DNA from: Alkalispirochaeta sp.
GTDB lineage: Bacteria; Spirochaetota; Spirochaetia; DSM-27196; Alkalispirochaetaceae
Assembly (NCBI GenBank): GCA_965242725.1
Contig: CBDESZ010000025.1
Coordinates: forward strand, 380,774-444,773
Direction of reading: 5' to 3'
Length of the DNA: 64,000 nt
Shown here: in pieces, positions 29,178 to 39,175 of the stretch
Position numbering within the stretch: position 1 is the first letter of the stretch
How the letters are laid out: every line of letters starts with the position of its first letter
Program-made: the position numbers and the translations under genes
The notes under the pieces: generated by a model
Told to the model about the DNA's origin: nothing
Seen by the model: the letters and a program-made list of their open reading frames with translations, nothing else
Database searches by the model: none

Positions 29178-30830
29178 TTACACGATATGGCGCCGACTGT
29201 CGCCGAAGAGGTTGAGGACAAAGAGGGCGATACCCGTTGCGGCGAGAAGGATCGTCGCCATCGCCGATCCGGGGCCGAAATATCCGTCCATGACGGAGAG
29301 GTAAATACGAATGGGCATGGTGATCGTACCGCCGACGTACAGGAGAATGGAAGCGGAAAGCTCGTTTATCGCGGTAATCCAGCTCAGAATCGCGCCGGAA
29401 AGGATTCCGGGGATCATGAGGGGCAGGGCGATCTTGCGGAACGCCCGCGCCGGCGGAGCACCGAGACTGACACCCGCCTCCTCCAGGGCCGGATCGATCT
29501 GTTGCAGTATTGAAACCGCCGACCGTACCGAATAGGGCAGCCGCCGTATGAAGTAGGCAAGGATGATAATGGTGGCAGTTCCATACAGGACGATGGGTGG
29601 GCGGTTGAAGGCGGTGATGAATCCGATACCCAGAACCGTTCCGGGGAGAATGTAGGGGCTCATGAGCAGGGTGTCGAGAACGTTGTTGGCGGCGTTCTTC
29701 CGTCGGCTCAGGACAAACCCGATCAGCGTTCCCACAATCACGATAAGTATTACCGACGAAATCGAGAAAATGAGACTGTTGGTAATCGCCTGGGGCACAT
29801 CGAATATGACGCGGCGGAAACTGTCGAGACCTAATCCCGGGGCAAAGACGGGACCGCTGGTATTCCGAAATGCGAATATCACCACCACCACCATGGGAAT
29901 GGTGCTCAAGGCGACGATCAGGTATGAAATTCCATGGGCAAGGACGTTCTTCATCCCTTTGAGACGGATGACGACGGGGCGGTTCAACAACAGACTCGTG
30001 TACTTCCGCCTGCCCGCGGCGTAGCGCTGGAGGAAGATGGCGACACTTGCGGCAAGGACGAGAATGATACTGATCGTCGAGGCCATGGCCGGTCGCGTGG
30101 CCACCTCGCTTGTGTACATGTTGTAGGCCATCGTCGGCAGCACACGGTAGCGGCCGCCGATGATCATCGGTGTGCCGAAGTTCGCCAGAGAGAGCATGAA
30201 CGCAAGAAGTGCTCCCGAGGTGATGGACGGAATGACAAGGGGCAGGGTTACCCGAAAAAATTTGCGAAATGGCTTTGCTCCCAGGTTTTCCGCCGCCTCT
30301 TCAAGGGAGCGGTCCACCGTCTGCAACCCTCCGGAGGTGAGAAGGTAGACAAAGGGATAGAATTGCAGGGTGTATACGATAATGATTCCCACGGGCCCGT
30401 AAATCGCCGGAAAATCGATGCCCACCGTCATGAGAAGCTGGCGAAGAAATCCGTTCCGTCCAAGCATGACGATCCACGCGTAGGCGCCCAGAAAGGGCGG
30501 CGTCAGCAGCGCGAGGGTGGCAAGGGTGGCAAGAATCGCGCTGCCCCTGATGCGATAGCGGGTGGTGAAAAATGCCAATGGTACACCCAGGAGTACCGCT
30601 CCCAATGTGCCGCCCAGGGAGACGACGATACTGTTCAGCAGTGCCCGGGCGTAATAGGGGGTGGTGATAAAGGTGATGTAATTGCCGAGGCCGAATGCTC
30701 CACTGTCGGCGTCAAAGAAGCTTTCCCGGATGATTGTAAATACCGGCAGGAGGATGAGGATACCGAACACAAGGTACCCGCCTGCGGTAACTGCAGACCA
30801 GAATCCGTTTTTTCGAAACCAGTTCAGCAT
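29178..30830 (-). CDS. ABC transporter permease, FbpB/AfuB family (duplicated TMD)
   Basis: Two EAA loops (LEEAAENLGA, LEEAGVSLGA). Confidence 0.93.
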   Translation of the reverse strand: MLNWFRKNGFWSAVTAGGYLVFGILILLPVFTIIRESFFDADSGAFGLGNYITFITTPYYARALLNSIVVSLGGTLGAVLLGVPLAFFTTRYRIRGSAILATLATLALLTPPFLGAYAWIVMLGRNGFLRQLLMTVGIDFPAIYGPVGIIIVYTLQFYPFVYLLTSGGLQTVDRSLEEAAENLGAKPFRKFFRVTLPLVIPSITSGALLAFMLSLANFGTPMIIGGRYRVLPTMAYNMYTSEVATRPAMASTISIILVLAASVAIFLQRYAAGRRKYTSLLLNRPVVIRLKGMKNVLAHGISYLIVALSTIPMVVVVIFAFRNTSGPVFAPGLGLDSFRRVIFDVPQAITNSLIFSISSVILIVIVGTLIGFVLSRRKNAANNVLDTLLMSPYILPGTVLGIGFITAFNRPPIVLYGTATIIILAYFIRRLPYSVRSAVSILQQIDPALEEAGVSLGAPPARAFRKIALPLMIPGILSGAILSWITAINELSASILLYVGGTITMPIRIYLSVMDGYFGPGSAMATILLAATGIALFVLNLFGDSRRHIV

Positions 30831-30831
30831 G

Positions 30832-31926
30832 TCACCCCTCCTCATATACCCGACTGCCGTCGGAACTGTCAAAAAAGAGGAGTCCCTCCCGGGGAATGAC
30901 CGCCGTTACGGTCGCTTCCGCGTCCCTGAGATCGGACCTGTCCGAAACGTACTCCGTAACGGTCAACGTCGTGTCGTGAGCCATACGAACGCGGTACGTC
31001 ACGTCGGCGCCGAGAAAGAGCGTCTTTTCCACGGCGCCGCGGAAGGCAACGACGTGGCTGCCGGGAGCTTCTCCGGGGGCGAGGATACGAACGTCCTCGG
31101 GGCGAAAGGCAACTCTGAGGCTGTCCGGGTCCTTTCCTCCGGGAAGGGTGAGGGTTTCCCGGGAAGACGACTCCAGCGCGGCGGTGAACTCCTCCCCGGT
31201 ATACACATTCATGTTGCCGACGAAGGTTGCGACAAACTCGTTGACAGGCTCGCGGTAAATCTCCCAGGGCGTGCCGATCTGCTGAACCTTTCCAAAGTTC
31301 ATGACCGCGATGCGGTCCGAGATGACCAGCGCCTCTTCCTGATCGTGGGTGACGTACACGGCGGTGATGCCGAGCTGACGCTGAATGTCCAGAATATCTT
31401 CCCGCATCTGTATGCGCAGTTTCGCATCCAGATTTGACAACGGTTCGTCAAGCAGAAGGAGCCGGGGTTCTATAACCATTGCCCGGGCAAGGCCGACGCG
31501 CTGCTGCTGCCCCCCCGACAGTTGATCGGGAGTCCTGCTTTCGTATCCCGTGAGCTGTACCGTTGCGAGGGCGCGGGCAACGCGTCCGGTGATTTCCGCC
31601 GCCGGTACCTTCCGGTTTTTCAGACCGAACGCGACGTTTTCCGCCACCGTCATGTGGGGAAAGACGGCGTAGTTCTGGAAAACCATGCCGATGTCCCGTT
31701 GATGGGCCGGGACCTTGTCTATCACGGCCTCTCCGACGTGAATATGACCGGCATCCTGCTGATAGAAGCCGGCTATCGTCCGTAACAGCGTCGTTTTGCC
31801 GCATCCGCTCGGACCGAGGAGGGTAAAAAACTCACCTTCCGTCACCTCTATGGAGACATCATCAAGGGCGACGACGCCGGGAAAGGTCTTGCGAATGTTC
31901 TCTATACGAATCGGTTTTGCAGCCAT
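30832..31926 (-). CDS. ABC transporter ATP-binding protein (FbpC/PotA family, TOBE domain)
   Basis: GPSGCGKT, LSGGQQQR, LLDEPLSNLD. Confidence 0.95.
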   Translation of the reverse strand: MAAKPIRIENIRKTFPGVVALDDVSIEVTEGEFFTLLGPSGCGKTTLLRTIAGFYQQDAGHIHVGEAVIDKVPAHQRDIGMVFQNYAVFPHMTVAENVAFGLKNRKVPAAEITGRVARALATVQLTGYESRTPDQLSGGQQQRVGLARAMVIEPRLLLLDEPLSNLDAKLRIQMREDILDIQRQLGITAVYVTHDQEEALVISDRIAVMNFGKVQQIGTPWEIYREPVNEFVATFVGNMNVYTGEEFTAALESSSRETLTLPGGKDPDSLRVAFRPEDVRILAPGEAPGSHVVAFRGAVEKTLFLGADVTYRVRMAHDTTLTVTEYVSDRSDLRDAEATVTAVIPREGLLFFDSSDGSRVYEEG

Positions 31927-32024
31927 GAAACCTCACAAACGTGTGGAATTGTCTCGCATGCCGCGTTACGGCACCGGGAACAACAAAAATATACGGCCGA
32001 CGCCGTCCATTTTCGTAACAGGTT

Positions 32025-32058
32025 GGCCCACCGCCCTCGATTGGAGGAGCGGTGGGCC
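32025..32058. other. GC-rich intercistronic hairpin after the SBP gene (likely mRNA stabiliser or attenuator)
   Basis: GGCCCACCGC-CCTC...GAGG-A-GCGGTGGGCC; no U tract. Confidence 0.6.
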
Positions 32059-32102
32059 GCATGTAGACGAGTACGATTCCCGTCTTTACCGCGGGACGAG
32101 CT

Positions 32103-33113
32103 CTACAGGCCAAGCTCCATCATGTATTCACGGAACTGTTCAATGAATGCATTCCGGTTGGACGCGGACCATCCGAAGTCGTATTCAATCGTGTTGATTT
32201 CGCTCATCGGCGGCAGTCCTGACGGAGCGGACGCGTCTTTGCGGACGGGGCGCCGTCCCATTTCACCGACCAGAAAGTTCTGGACCCGTGCGGAAAGGGC
32301 CCAGTCCACAAATGTGCGGGCGCCTTCCGGATTGGGAGCGCCCTTGATGACTGCGATTCCGTCGGGTGCCGCGATTGCGCCGTCCTCGGGATAGACGATC
32401 GCAACGGGACCTCCCCCGAGGACAAAGCGCTGGGCGTTGTCTTCCAGGGTGATTCCAACGGGAACCTCACCGTCATTCACGTAGCGCGGCACCGCTCCTG
32501 AGCTTGAAGAGATAAAGAAGTTCTCCATCATGGACCGATATACATTCCAGCCTTCCTGGCCGTCGCCGTAAATTGCGAGGACATTGGCGAGCTGCATGTA
32601 TGACGATCCGGACTGGTCCGCCCGGGCGGTGGCGACGCCGCTCAATTGATCCGAGGCGAGCTCGCGCCACGTCCGTGGATACTGGTCGGGATTCAGCATC
32701 TCGGTATTGACGATGAAGACATTCATAATGCCGGTGTAGGGAAGCCAGTTTGTTCCCACCTTGTATACGTCCTCAATCATGTCCCAGTCGGCGGGCTCGT
32801 ACGCTTCAAGAAGATCACTGTTCTGCTCAAGGGGTTCTCCGCCGATGCTCCAGATGACGTCCGCCTGTGGATTGGCCGATTCCGCCTTGACGCGGCTTAT
32901 CACATCTCCGGAACCCATTTTAATAACTTCAAGTTCGATGTCGGGATAGTCTTCCTCCCACAGTCGAACCATGCCGGCGATGATCGTATCTTCGTGAGCG
33001 GTGTAAGCCACCACTTTTCCCGTACGCTCGGCGCTTCCCGTGGCAAACGCCGTTGCCGCTCCGAGGACCATCACGACAATGAGGATAATCGCGATTTTTC
33101 CGTTCCTGCTCAT
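32103..33113 (-). CDS. ABC solute-binding protein, AfuA/FbpA family
   Basis: Spirochaete-type signal ..AFATG; AESANPQADV, SGSSY, YPEDG...PDG. Confidence 0.9.
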   Translation of the reverse strand: MSRNGKIAIILIVVMVLGAATAFATGSAERTGKVVAYTAHEDTIIAGMVRLWEEDYPDIELEVIKMGSGDVISRVKAESANPQADVIWSIGGEPLEQNSDLLEAYEPADWDMIEDVYKVGTNWLPYTGIMNVFIVNTEMLNPDQYPRTWRELASDQLSGVATARADQSGSSYMQLANVLAIYGDGQEGWNVYRSMMENFFISSSSGAVPRYVNDGEVPVGITLEDNAQRFVLGGGPVAIVYPEDGAIAAPDGIAVIKGAPNPEGARTFVDWALSARVQNFLVGEMGRRPVRKDASAPSGLPPMSEINTIEYDFGWSASNRNAFIEQFREYMMELGL

Positions 33114-33209
33114 TTCTGCCTCCTTACGAGTAGTTAACTATCATCAGTATGGCCGGTCATTCGCTCCTCACCAATCGAAAAATTTTACGAAAACCGGTAC
33201 AATTTTCCG

Positions 33210-34883
33210 GTGGGGTTCAGGAAACCTTCGGTAACACCAATTTTCTATCGGCTCCTCGTCTCCTACTCCCTTATCAGCGTCCTGCCTCTGGCGGTTGTCT
33301 GGTTCATGACCGTCGTATGGGGAAACAACCTCATCGCCCGTTACCTGCGCTCCGCCCAGGAGCAATCCCTCCTGAACGCGGCGGAAACGACGGATCACGC
33401 AATCGATCGATTTCTGGGCATTACTTCAGATCTGGCCCGGAGTCCCTATGTCGTTTCGTCCATCGACGAGTCGGTCGATACCCTGAGTGCCGACCATGAA
33501 CTTGAGCTGTACCGGGCACTATACTCCGCCATAGCCGACGACCTGGAGGTTGTGGATGTGCATCTCACCGACGCCCGATCACGACGATTCTTTTCCACAG
33601 GGGAATATCCCCGTCGCTATCGCCTCGACGACTACCAGAACCGGCGCGATTTTGTCTTTCCCGGTGAAGGAACGAGAATCGTTCTCAATCCCCGTCCCGA
33701 GGAGCAGGGGGGAAGAATCGTCTTCAGTGTCTGGAGTGCCCTTCCTGGAGGGTATCTCATTCTGGACATACGAAACGAAGCGCTTCGCAGCGCCCTCGAT
33801 GTACGCTCTTCGAGCCGCGTCTTTCTGGTGGACCGGCAAAACTTTCGCGCCTACAACCTTTCCCAGCCGACCGGTGAGTCGACCTTCGCCGCCGTACCGG
33901 AGCTTGGTATCGCCTTCAGCAGCGAGCGATACCGCCGGGCCGCACCGACGTTGCTGGTTCACCGGGTGGACATCGGGAGTTCGTCACTTTCGATGGTGAT
34001 GACCACCGACCTTTCCACCTACTTTGAAACCCTCCGGGCCATACTGCGTGTGGCGGCGGTGATCCTTGTCGGAACGGCCCTGATTACCCTCGCCGTGTCC
34101 GGAACGATCAGCCGATCCATCAGTCGACCGATTCACGATGTACTTCACGCAATGAGCAGTGACGGGCGGGGTCCGCAGCCCCTTGACGAGCATGCGGACC
34201 GACAAAAGAGCGGAGAGCTGCACGAGCTGATTGTTCACTATAACCTGATGGTCCACACGATTCAGGATCTCTTTCAGAAGGTGCGTGAAGAGGAAAAAGC
34301 GCAGCGAATCGCCGAACGACGCGCCCTTGAGGCACAGATTCAGCCCCATTTTCTCTACAATACCCTTGGGTCGATCAAGTCCATGGCAAAGCTGGGTGAC
34401 GTGGCGGCGGTAACATCAATGGTCACCGACCTGGGTAAGATGCTCAGATTTCTCCTCTCCGACGACCAGTCGGTGGTGACTCTGGGGGAGAGCCTGGAAC
34501 AGGTGAAGCGATACCTCAACATCCAGGCGATCCGGTTTCAGGAGCGGATGAAGCTTGAGTTTCGCATCGATCCGGCGTCGCTGGACATTGAGATTCCAAA
34601 ACTGCTCGTGCAACCGCTCGTGGAAAACGCCGTCCAGCACGGGGTGGAAGTGAGTACATCGCCCGTCGATATCCGTATTGCAACGCGCCGGCTCGATGGT
34701 CACCTGACGATAGAGGTTGAAGATACCGGCGAAGGAGTGGAAGAGACGACTGATCTCGACCATCCCGGCATCGGGCTTCAGAACGTGCGGGAACGCCTCC
34801 GTTCATTCTACGGCGAAGAGGCGACCTTTGAGTTGACGCGACAGAACGGCGTCACTACGGCGCGGATGAGGATACGTATGTGA
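33210..34883 (+). CDS. YesM/LytS-type sensor histidine kinase (His_kinase family, HAMP)
   Basis: Two TM helices; ALEAQIQPHFLYNTL, QPLVENAVQHG, GIGLQNV. Confidence 0.93.
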   Translation: MGFRKPSVTPIFYRLLVSYSLISVLPLAVVWFMTVVWGNNLIARYLRSAQEQSLLNAAETTDHAIDRFLGITSDLARSPYVVSSIDESVDTLSADHELELYRALYSAIADDLEVVDVHLTDARSRRFFSTGEYPRRYRLDDYQNRRDFVFPGEGTRIVLNPRPEEQGGRIVFSVWSALPGGYLILDIRNEALRSALDVRSSSRVFLVDRQNFRAYNLSQPTGESTFAAVPELGIAFSSERYRRAAPTLLVHRVDIGSSSLSMVMTTDLSTYFETLRAILRVAAVILVGTALITLAVSGTISRSISRPIHDVLHAMSSDGRGPQPLDEHADRQKSGELHELIVHYNLMVHTIQDLFQKVREEEKAQRIAERRALEAQIQPHFLYNTLGSIKSMAKLGDVAAVTSMVTDLGKMLRFLLSDDQSVVTLGESLEQVKRYLNIQAIRFQERMKLEFRIDPASLDIEIPKLLVQPLVENAVQHGVEVSTSPVDIRIATRRLDGHLTIEVEDTGEGVEETTDLDHPGIGLQNVRERLRSFYGEEATFELTRQNGVTTARMRIRM

Positions 34884-35675
34884 AGCGAGTCATTGTGGTT
34901 GAAGATGAGCGAACCCTGTTGCGCGAGCTGGTAGAGACGTTTCCCTGGGACAGCGTCGGCTGCACCGTCGCGGCAACTGCGGGCACCGTCGACGAAGGAC
35001 GGCATCTTCTCAAAGGCATGGACGTGGACATACTGATTACGGACATTAAACTTCCCGACGGCAACGGACTTGAACTGATTGAAGAGGGAGCGGTTCAGGC
35101 TGCTATCGTCATCACGGGGTATCACGAAATCGAACTTGCCCAGCAGGCGTTGCGGGTTGGCGCGATCGATTTCCTGCTTAAACCGCTTGATGATGAAGAA
35201 TTGCGCCGTGCCCTGGAGCGGGCGGTCTCCCACGCCTCGGAAGGGGAAGATGAAACACTCGCCGTTCACGGCGATAACGTCGGTCGGGGAGGCAACCACG
35301 GGCAGGGTGTTCTTCGCGGGCTGAGCCGTCGCCGCGGGCAGGGCGGCGGAACGCTGAAAAACCCCCTCGTTCACGACGCGGTCGTCTTCATACAGAAGAA
35401 CTACCATCTCGATGTATCCCTGAATGAAGCGGCGCACCACCTGGGAATCACCGAAGGCCATCTTGCCGGTCTCTTCAAGGCGGAGACGGGACAGACCTTC
35501 GTACAGGCGCTGACGGCGTACCGTATGAACATTGCCGGGGCGCTCCTCAGGGACAGCCGATTTCTGGTGACGGAAGTTTCCCGACGCTGCGGGTACAAGG
35601 ATCCCGCCTACTTCGCGCGGGTGTTTCGCCGCCATTACCAGTTGAGCCCCCGGGGAGTACCGGGAACGTCGATGA
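34880..35675 (+). CDS. YesN-type response regulator (REC plus AraC HTH); apparent +1 frameshift near the 3' end
   Basis: VEDE, TDIKLP, KP, YFARVFRR; deleting one base from CCCCCGGGG (35647-35655) gives canonical SPREYRERR* ending at 35675 instead of running into the convergent gene. Confidence 0.88.
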
Positions 35676-35798
35676 CGATGTGTACACGACGGTGTCGCAG
35701 AATTCAGTTTATGTCAGGAAGGACAAAGAATCGGGTCCGACGACCCTCGTGTCCGGGCCGTCATACATCGTCGCAACACGATTATGTATACAGACCCG

Positions 35799-37109
35799 TT
35801 ATCCCCCTGCAAGCAGGGATTGCGCCCTGGCGTACAGACGCGCATACGCACGTTCCGGCGAGGAAGTACCGTACAGGACCGATTCCACCGCTTCCTTCAC
35901 CAGTTCCTGGAGTTCCATACTGTATTTACCGTAGTAGACGACTTCAGCCCGTCCCATGTCGCCGGCAAAGACCGCGGAATAGGGCATGCTGCGGTATAGA
36001 TCGCTCGTCATGAGCGCACGGGTGGGCTGAACGATATTGACCTGTTCAAGATATTCTTCCGGGTGGTCAAGGAGGAACTGTATGAACGCCCACGCCGCAT
36101 TTTGGAGGTCCGGGGCGATGTTGGCGTTCACCATCATATAGTGGCCATAATAGCTTGACGCGACGTCGTGTACGGCGTCTTCGAAGAGGGGAAAGGGAAT
36201 GACCATCCAATCGTCACCGGCATAGAACTCCGGGTTTTCAGCTTTCATGCGGCCCTGCTGATACAGACCGGTATGGGCCATGGCGACGCGATCGTCATTC
36301 TCATTGAAGAGGGAACGGGCATTCTCATAGACAGGAGAACCGAGGTTGCGGCCGGCGGGACCCCATTCCCTGAAAAATCGAAGAAATTGCAGCCACGCTT
36401 CTTCGCCGATAATGGCTTCCGTCTCTTCATCATTGATGAGTCGTCCCCCGAGCTGCCGGACGAGCGGTACGATACCGATAAGGTAGTCGGAATAGCGAAA
36501 ATCAAATCCGCGGCGTACAATCCGACTTCCATCTCGCCGGACAATCCTTTCGCTTACTTCCAGTACCTCCTCCCACGTACGGGGATAGGACTCCGGGTCG
36601 ATGCCTGCGTCCCGAAATACAGCCTTGTTGACGTAGATCGCCCAGTTGGTCAACTCGAGGGGCAGTCCGTACAGCCTTCCGTCGTGAATAACCGGATCAA
36701 GTACGCCGGGCATGTACTCATCTACCACCGCCTCCAGACTGTCGTATCCCAGCTGATGGGGGTCTATTGGAGCGACCTGTCCGCCAACGATGTATTGATA
36801 GGCATTTTCAATTTGGAGATTGAAAATCGCAGGCCCGCGCCCCGCCGCAAACGCGGTATAGACGAGTTCGGAGATTTCCTGGGATCCGTGAGTCCTGCGT
36901 TCGATGACGACATCTTTCCGGATTGTGGAAAACCGTTCAATCAGGGCGTGTTCGAGCTCCGTGCGATTGGGGTCCGTATGCGTCCAGTATGTAAGGACGG
37001 CAGTGTCGTTCCCGGAGGCGCGGTCGCCCGACAATAAAACGCCCGCCGCGATGAACGTTGTGAGGATTGTAACGGTAAAAATAAAAATCGATATGCTCTT
37101 TCCGGTCAT
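35799..37109 (-). CDS. Sugar-type extracellular solute-binding protein (SBP_bac_1)
   Basis: N-terminal anchor, LTYWTH, GRLYGLP, YVNKAVFRDAG, PRTWEE. Confidence 0.88.
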   Translation of the reverse strand: MTGKSISIFIFTVTILTTFIAAGVLLSGDRASGNDTAVLTYWTHTDPNRTELEHALIERFSTIRKDVVIERRTHGSQEISELVYTAFAAGRGPAIFNLQIENAYQYIVGGQVAPIDPHQLGYDSLEAVVDEYMPGVLDPVIHDGRLYGLPLELTNWAIYVNKAVFRDAGIDPESYPRTWEEVLEVSERIVRRDGSRIVRRGFDFRYSDYLIGIVPLVRQLGGRLINDEETEAIIGEEAWLQFLRFFREWGPAGRNLGSPVYENARSLFNENDDRVAMAHTGLYQQGRMKAENPEFYAGDDWMVIPFPLFEDAVHDVASSYYGHYMMVNANIAPDLQNAAWAFIQFLLDHPEEYLEQVNIVQPTRALMTSDLYRSMPYSAVFAGDMGRAEVVYYGKYSMELQELVKEAVESVLYGTSSPERAYARLYARAQSLLAGG

Positions 37110-37225
37110 CCCCGTCACCAAGTATACAATTTCATCGGTACGGGGCAATGCATTCCCGACCAAATGTGATAGTATAGGACATATATTAAAATGGTACGCT
37201 TCCGCAGGTCCCGTCAGGAGATTCC

Positions 37226-39175
37226 GTGAATGAGTTACAGGATAAAGTGATCTTGCTCGTCGAAGATGATGCGATCATCGCGCTGGGCGAGGAAGCGATG
37301 CTTCGTCGCAACGGTCTGAATGTCGTAAAGGCGCATTCAGGGCGTCAGGCGATATCCGCCTTTGAGAAGGGACGACAGATCGACCTGGTGCTCATGGATA
37401 TCGACCTCGGAAAAGGTATGGACGGTACCGAAGCGGCATCCAGAATTCTACAGGACCACGACGTTCCCATCGTCTTCCTTACCTCCCATACCGAATCGGA
37501 ATATGTGGACAGAACCGATGCGATCAGCTCCTACGGATACGTGGTGAAAAACTCCGGCGAAATGGTGATTATCCGTTCCATAATCATGGCGCTACGACTC
37601 CACGGGGCGCACAAAATGGTCAGGACATCGCGGAACGAAATCGCCAGAGAGGCAGAGCGGTATCATCTCCTCTTCACAAATCTCACCGCCGGTTTTGCCC
37701 TGCATGAAATGATCTATGACGAAGACGGTAACGCGGTGGATTATCGCTTTCTCGATGTGAATCCCGCATTTGAAACGATAACCGGACTCGCTGCGTCGCT
37801 GATCGTAGGGCGGACGGTGTGTGAGGTCCTTCCGGGTACCGAGAAGTACTGGATTGACACCTATGCAGGAGTCGTAAAGACGGGACAACCCATATCATAC
37901 GAAAATTATTCCGCCCGACTGGGTCGCTATTACGACGTCTGGGCCTTTCGGCATGGACAGGACAAGTTCGCAACGGTGATAAGCGACATCACACGCGGAA
38001 AACGAGTTGAAGAGGAACTTCGCAAACAAAGGGAAAACCTTTCAACGATGCTCGATGCAATGGGCGATGGAGTGATATCCACAGACCGCGAGGGACGTGT
38101 GGTCGTGATGAATCCGGTTGCGGAACAGCTTACCGGTTGGGACGTGGAAGGGGCGGAGGGCAGGAAATTCTCCGAAGTGTTTGTTCTGGAGGATGCCCTT
38201 TCCGGGGAAAAAGGTGACGATCCGGTGGAAATGGTACTGGCCGGCGGCAGGGCCGTTAACATATCGGAACACTCAATACTCGTATCCCGGGACGGCGGAC
38301 GATATCATATTGCCGTCAGCGCGACACCGATCATAAACGGCGATCAGGAAACGGAGGGCGTCGTGATCGTCTTTCGTGACGTGAGCGAGGATTACCGAAA
38401 AAACCGCGAAATCGCCGCCAATAATCGATATCTTGAAGGTGTCATCGAGAGTGTCCAGGAGGGTATTACCGTTCTGGATCGTTCCTTTTCCATAGAACGA
38501 ACCAATGATACTGCAAAAGGATGGTTCTCCCGCGGTGGCGATATCGTCGGTCGGAAGTGCTATGAACTGTACCGGAACAGGTCGGAACGGTGCGAAGATT
38601 GTCCGGTGGCACGGGCGATCCAAACGGGCAGGCCCGAGCACGCGGAATTACAGGGATACGGTGACGCGCCGGTAGAGTGGATTGAGGCATTTGCCTTTCC
38701 CGTACGCGATCCCGAGACGGGACGGATTGAACGGGTCGTCGAGTTCCAGCGGGATATCACGGAACGGAAACGCAGAGAGCGGCTGCTTACCGACCAGGCG
38801 GAACGATACGGCTCAATCTTCCGGGACGGTTCCGCGGCTATGCTCATAATCGATCCCCGGGACGGTTCAATCGTTGACGCCAACGCTGCCGCCGTCGAAT
38901 TCTACGGGTGGACTCTTGATCAGTTGAAAGAAATGACCGTGTTCGATATCAATGCGTTAAGTCCGGAGGAGATCGCCAACGAAATGGAGCGGGCCAGGGC
39001 GCTCAGAAAACGGCGCTTTACATTCAGACATCGCAGAGCCGATGGGTCGGAGCGTGCAGTGGTGGTGATCAGCGGCCCGGTAGAGCAGGACGGAAGCACG
39101 TTACTCCATTCAATTGTGCTTGAGAACTCCGATGAAGAGGCACAACAACACGATGACATTAACGGAACGGATTGA
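37226..39175 (+). CDS. REC plus four PAS domain signalling protein
   Basis: LLVEDD..LVLMDIDL; PAS/PAC ends ISDIT, FRDVS, QRDITERK. Confidence 0.88.
   Translation: MNELQDKVILLVEDDAIIALGEEAMLRRNGLNVVKAHSGRQAISAFEKGRQIDLVLMDIDLGKGMDGTEAASRILQDHDVPIVFLTSHTESEYVDRTDAISSYGYVVKNSGEMVIIRSIIMALRLHGAHKMVRTSRNEIAREAERYHLLFTNLTAGFALHEMIYDEDGNAVDYRFLDVNPAFETITGLAASLIVGRTVCEVLPGTEKYWIDTYAGVVKTGQPISYENYSARLGRYYDVWAFRHGQDKFATVISDITRGKRVEEELRKQRENLSTMLDAMGDGVISTDREGRVVVMNPVAEQLTGWDVEGAEGRKFSEVFVLEDALSGEKGDDPVEMVLAGGRAVNISEHSILVSRDGGRYHIAVSATPIINGDQETEGVVIVFRDVSEDYRKNREIAANNRYLEGVIESVQEGITVLDRSFSIERTNDTAKGWFSRGGDIVGRKCYELYRNRSERCEDCPVARAIQTGRPEHAELQGYGDAPVEWIEAFAFPVRDPETGRIERVVEFQRDITERKRRERLLTDQAERYGSIFRDGSAAMLIIDPRDGSIVDANAAAVEFYGWTLDQLKEMTVFDINALSPEEIANEMERARALRKRRFTFRHRRADGSERAVVVISGPVEQDGSTLLHSIVLENSDEEAQQHDDINGTD

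Noticed and set aside
29178..33113. Calling the ABC system an iron(III) transporter
   Set aside because: Family label only; the neighbouring genes point to sugar phosphates and no iron-related context is seen
33181..33209. AATTTT(A/C)CG direct repeat in the SBP/kinase divergent gap
   Set aside because: Only 9 bp, AT-rich, 20-bp period; too weak to call a YesN site
35676..36013. Long C-terminal tail on the response regulator
   Set aside because: Explained by the +1 frameshift; overlaps the convergent SBP gene
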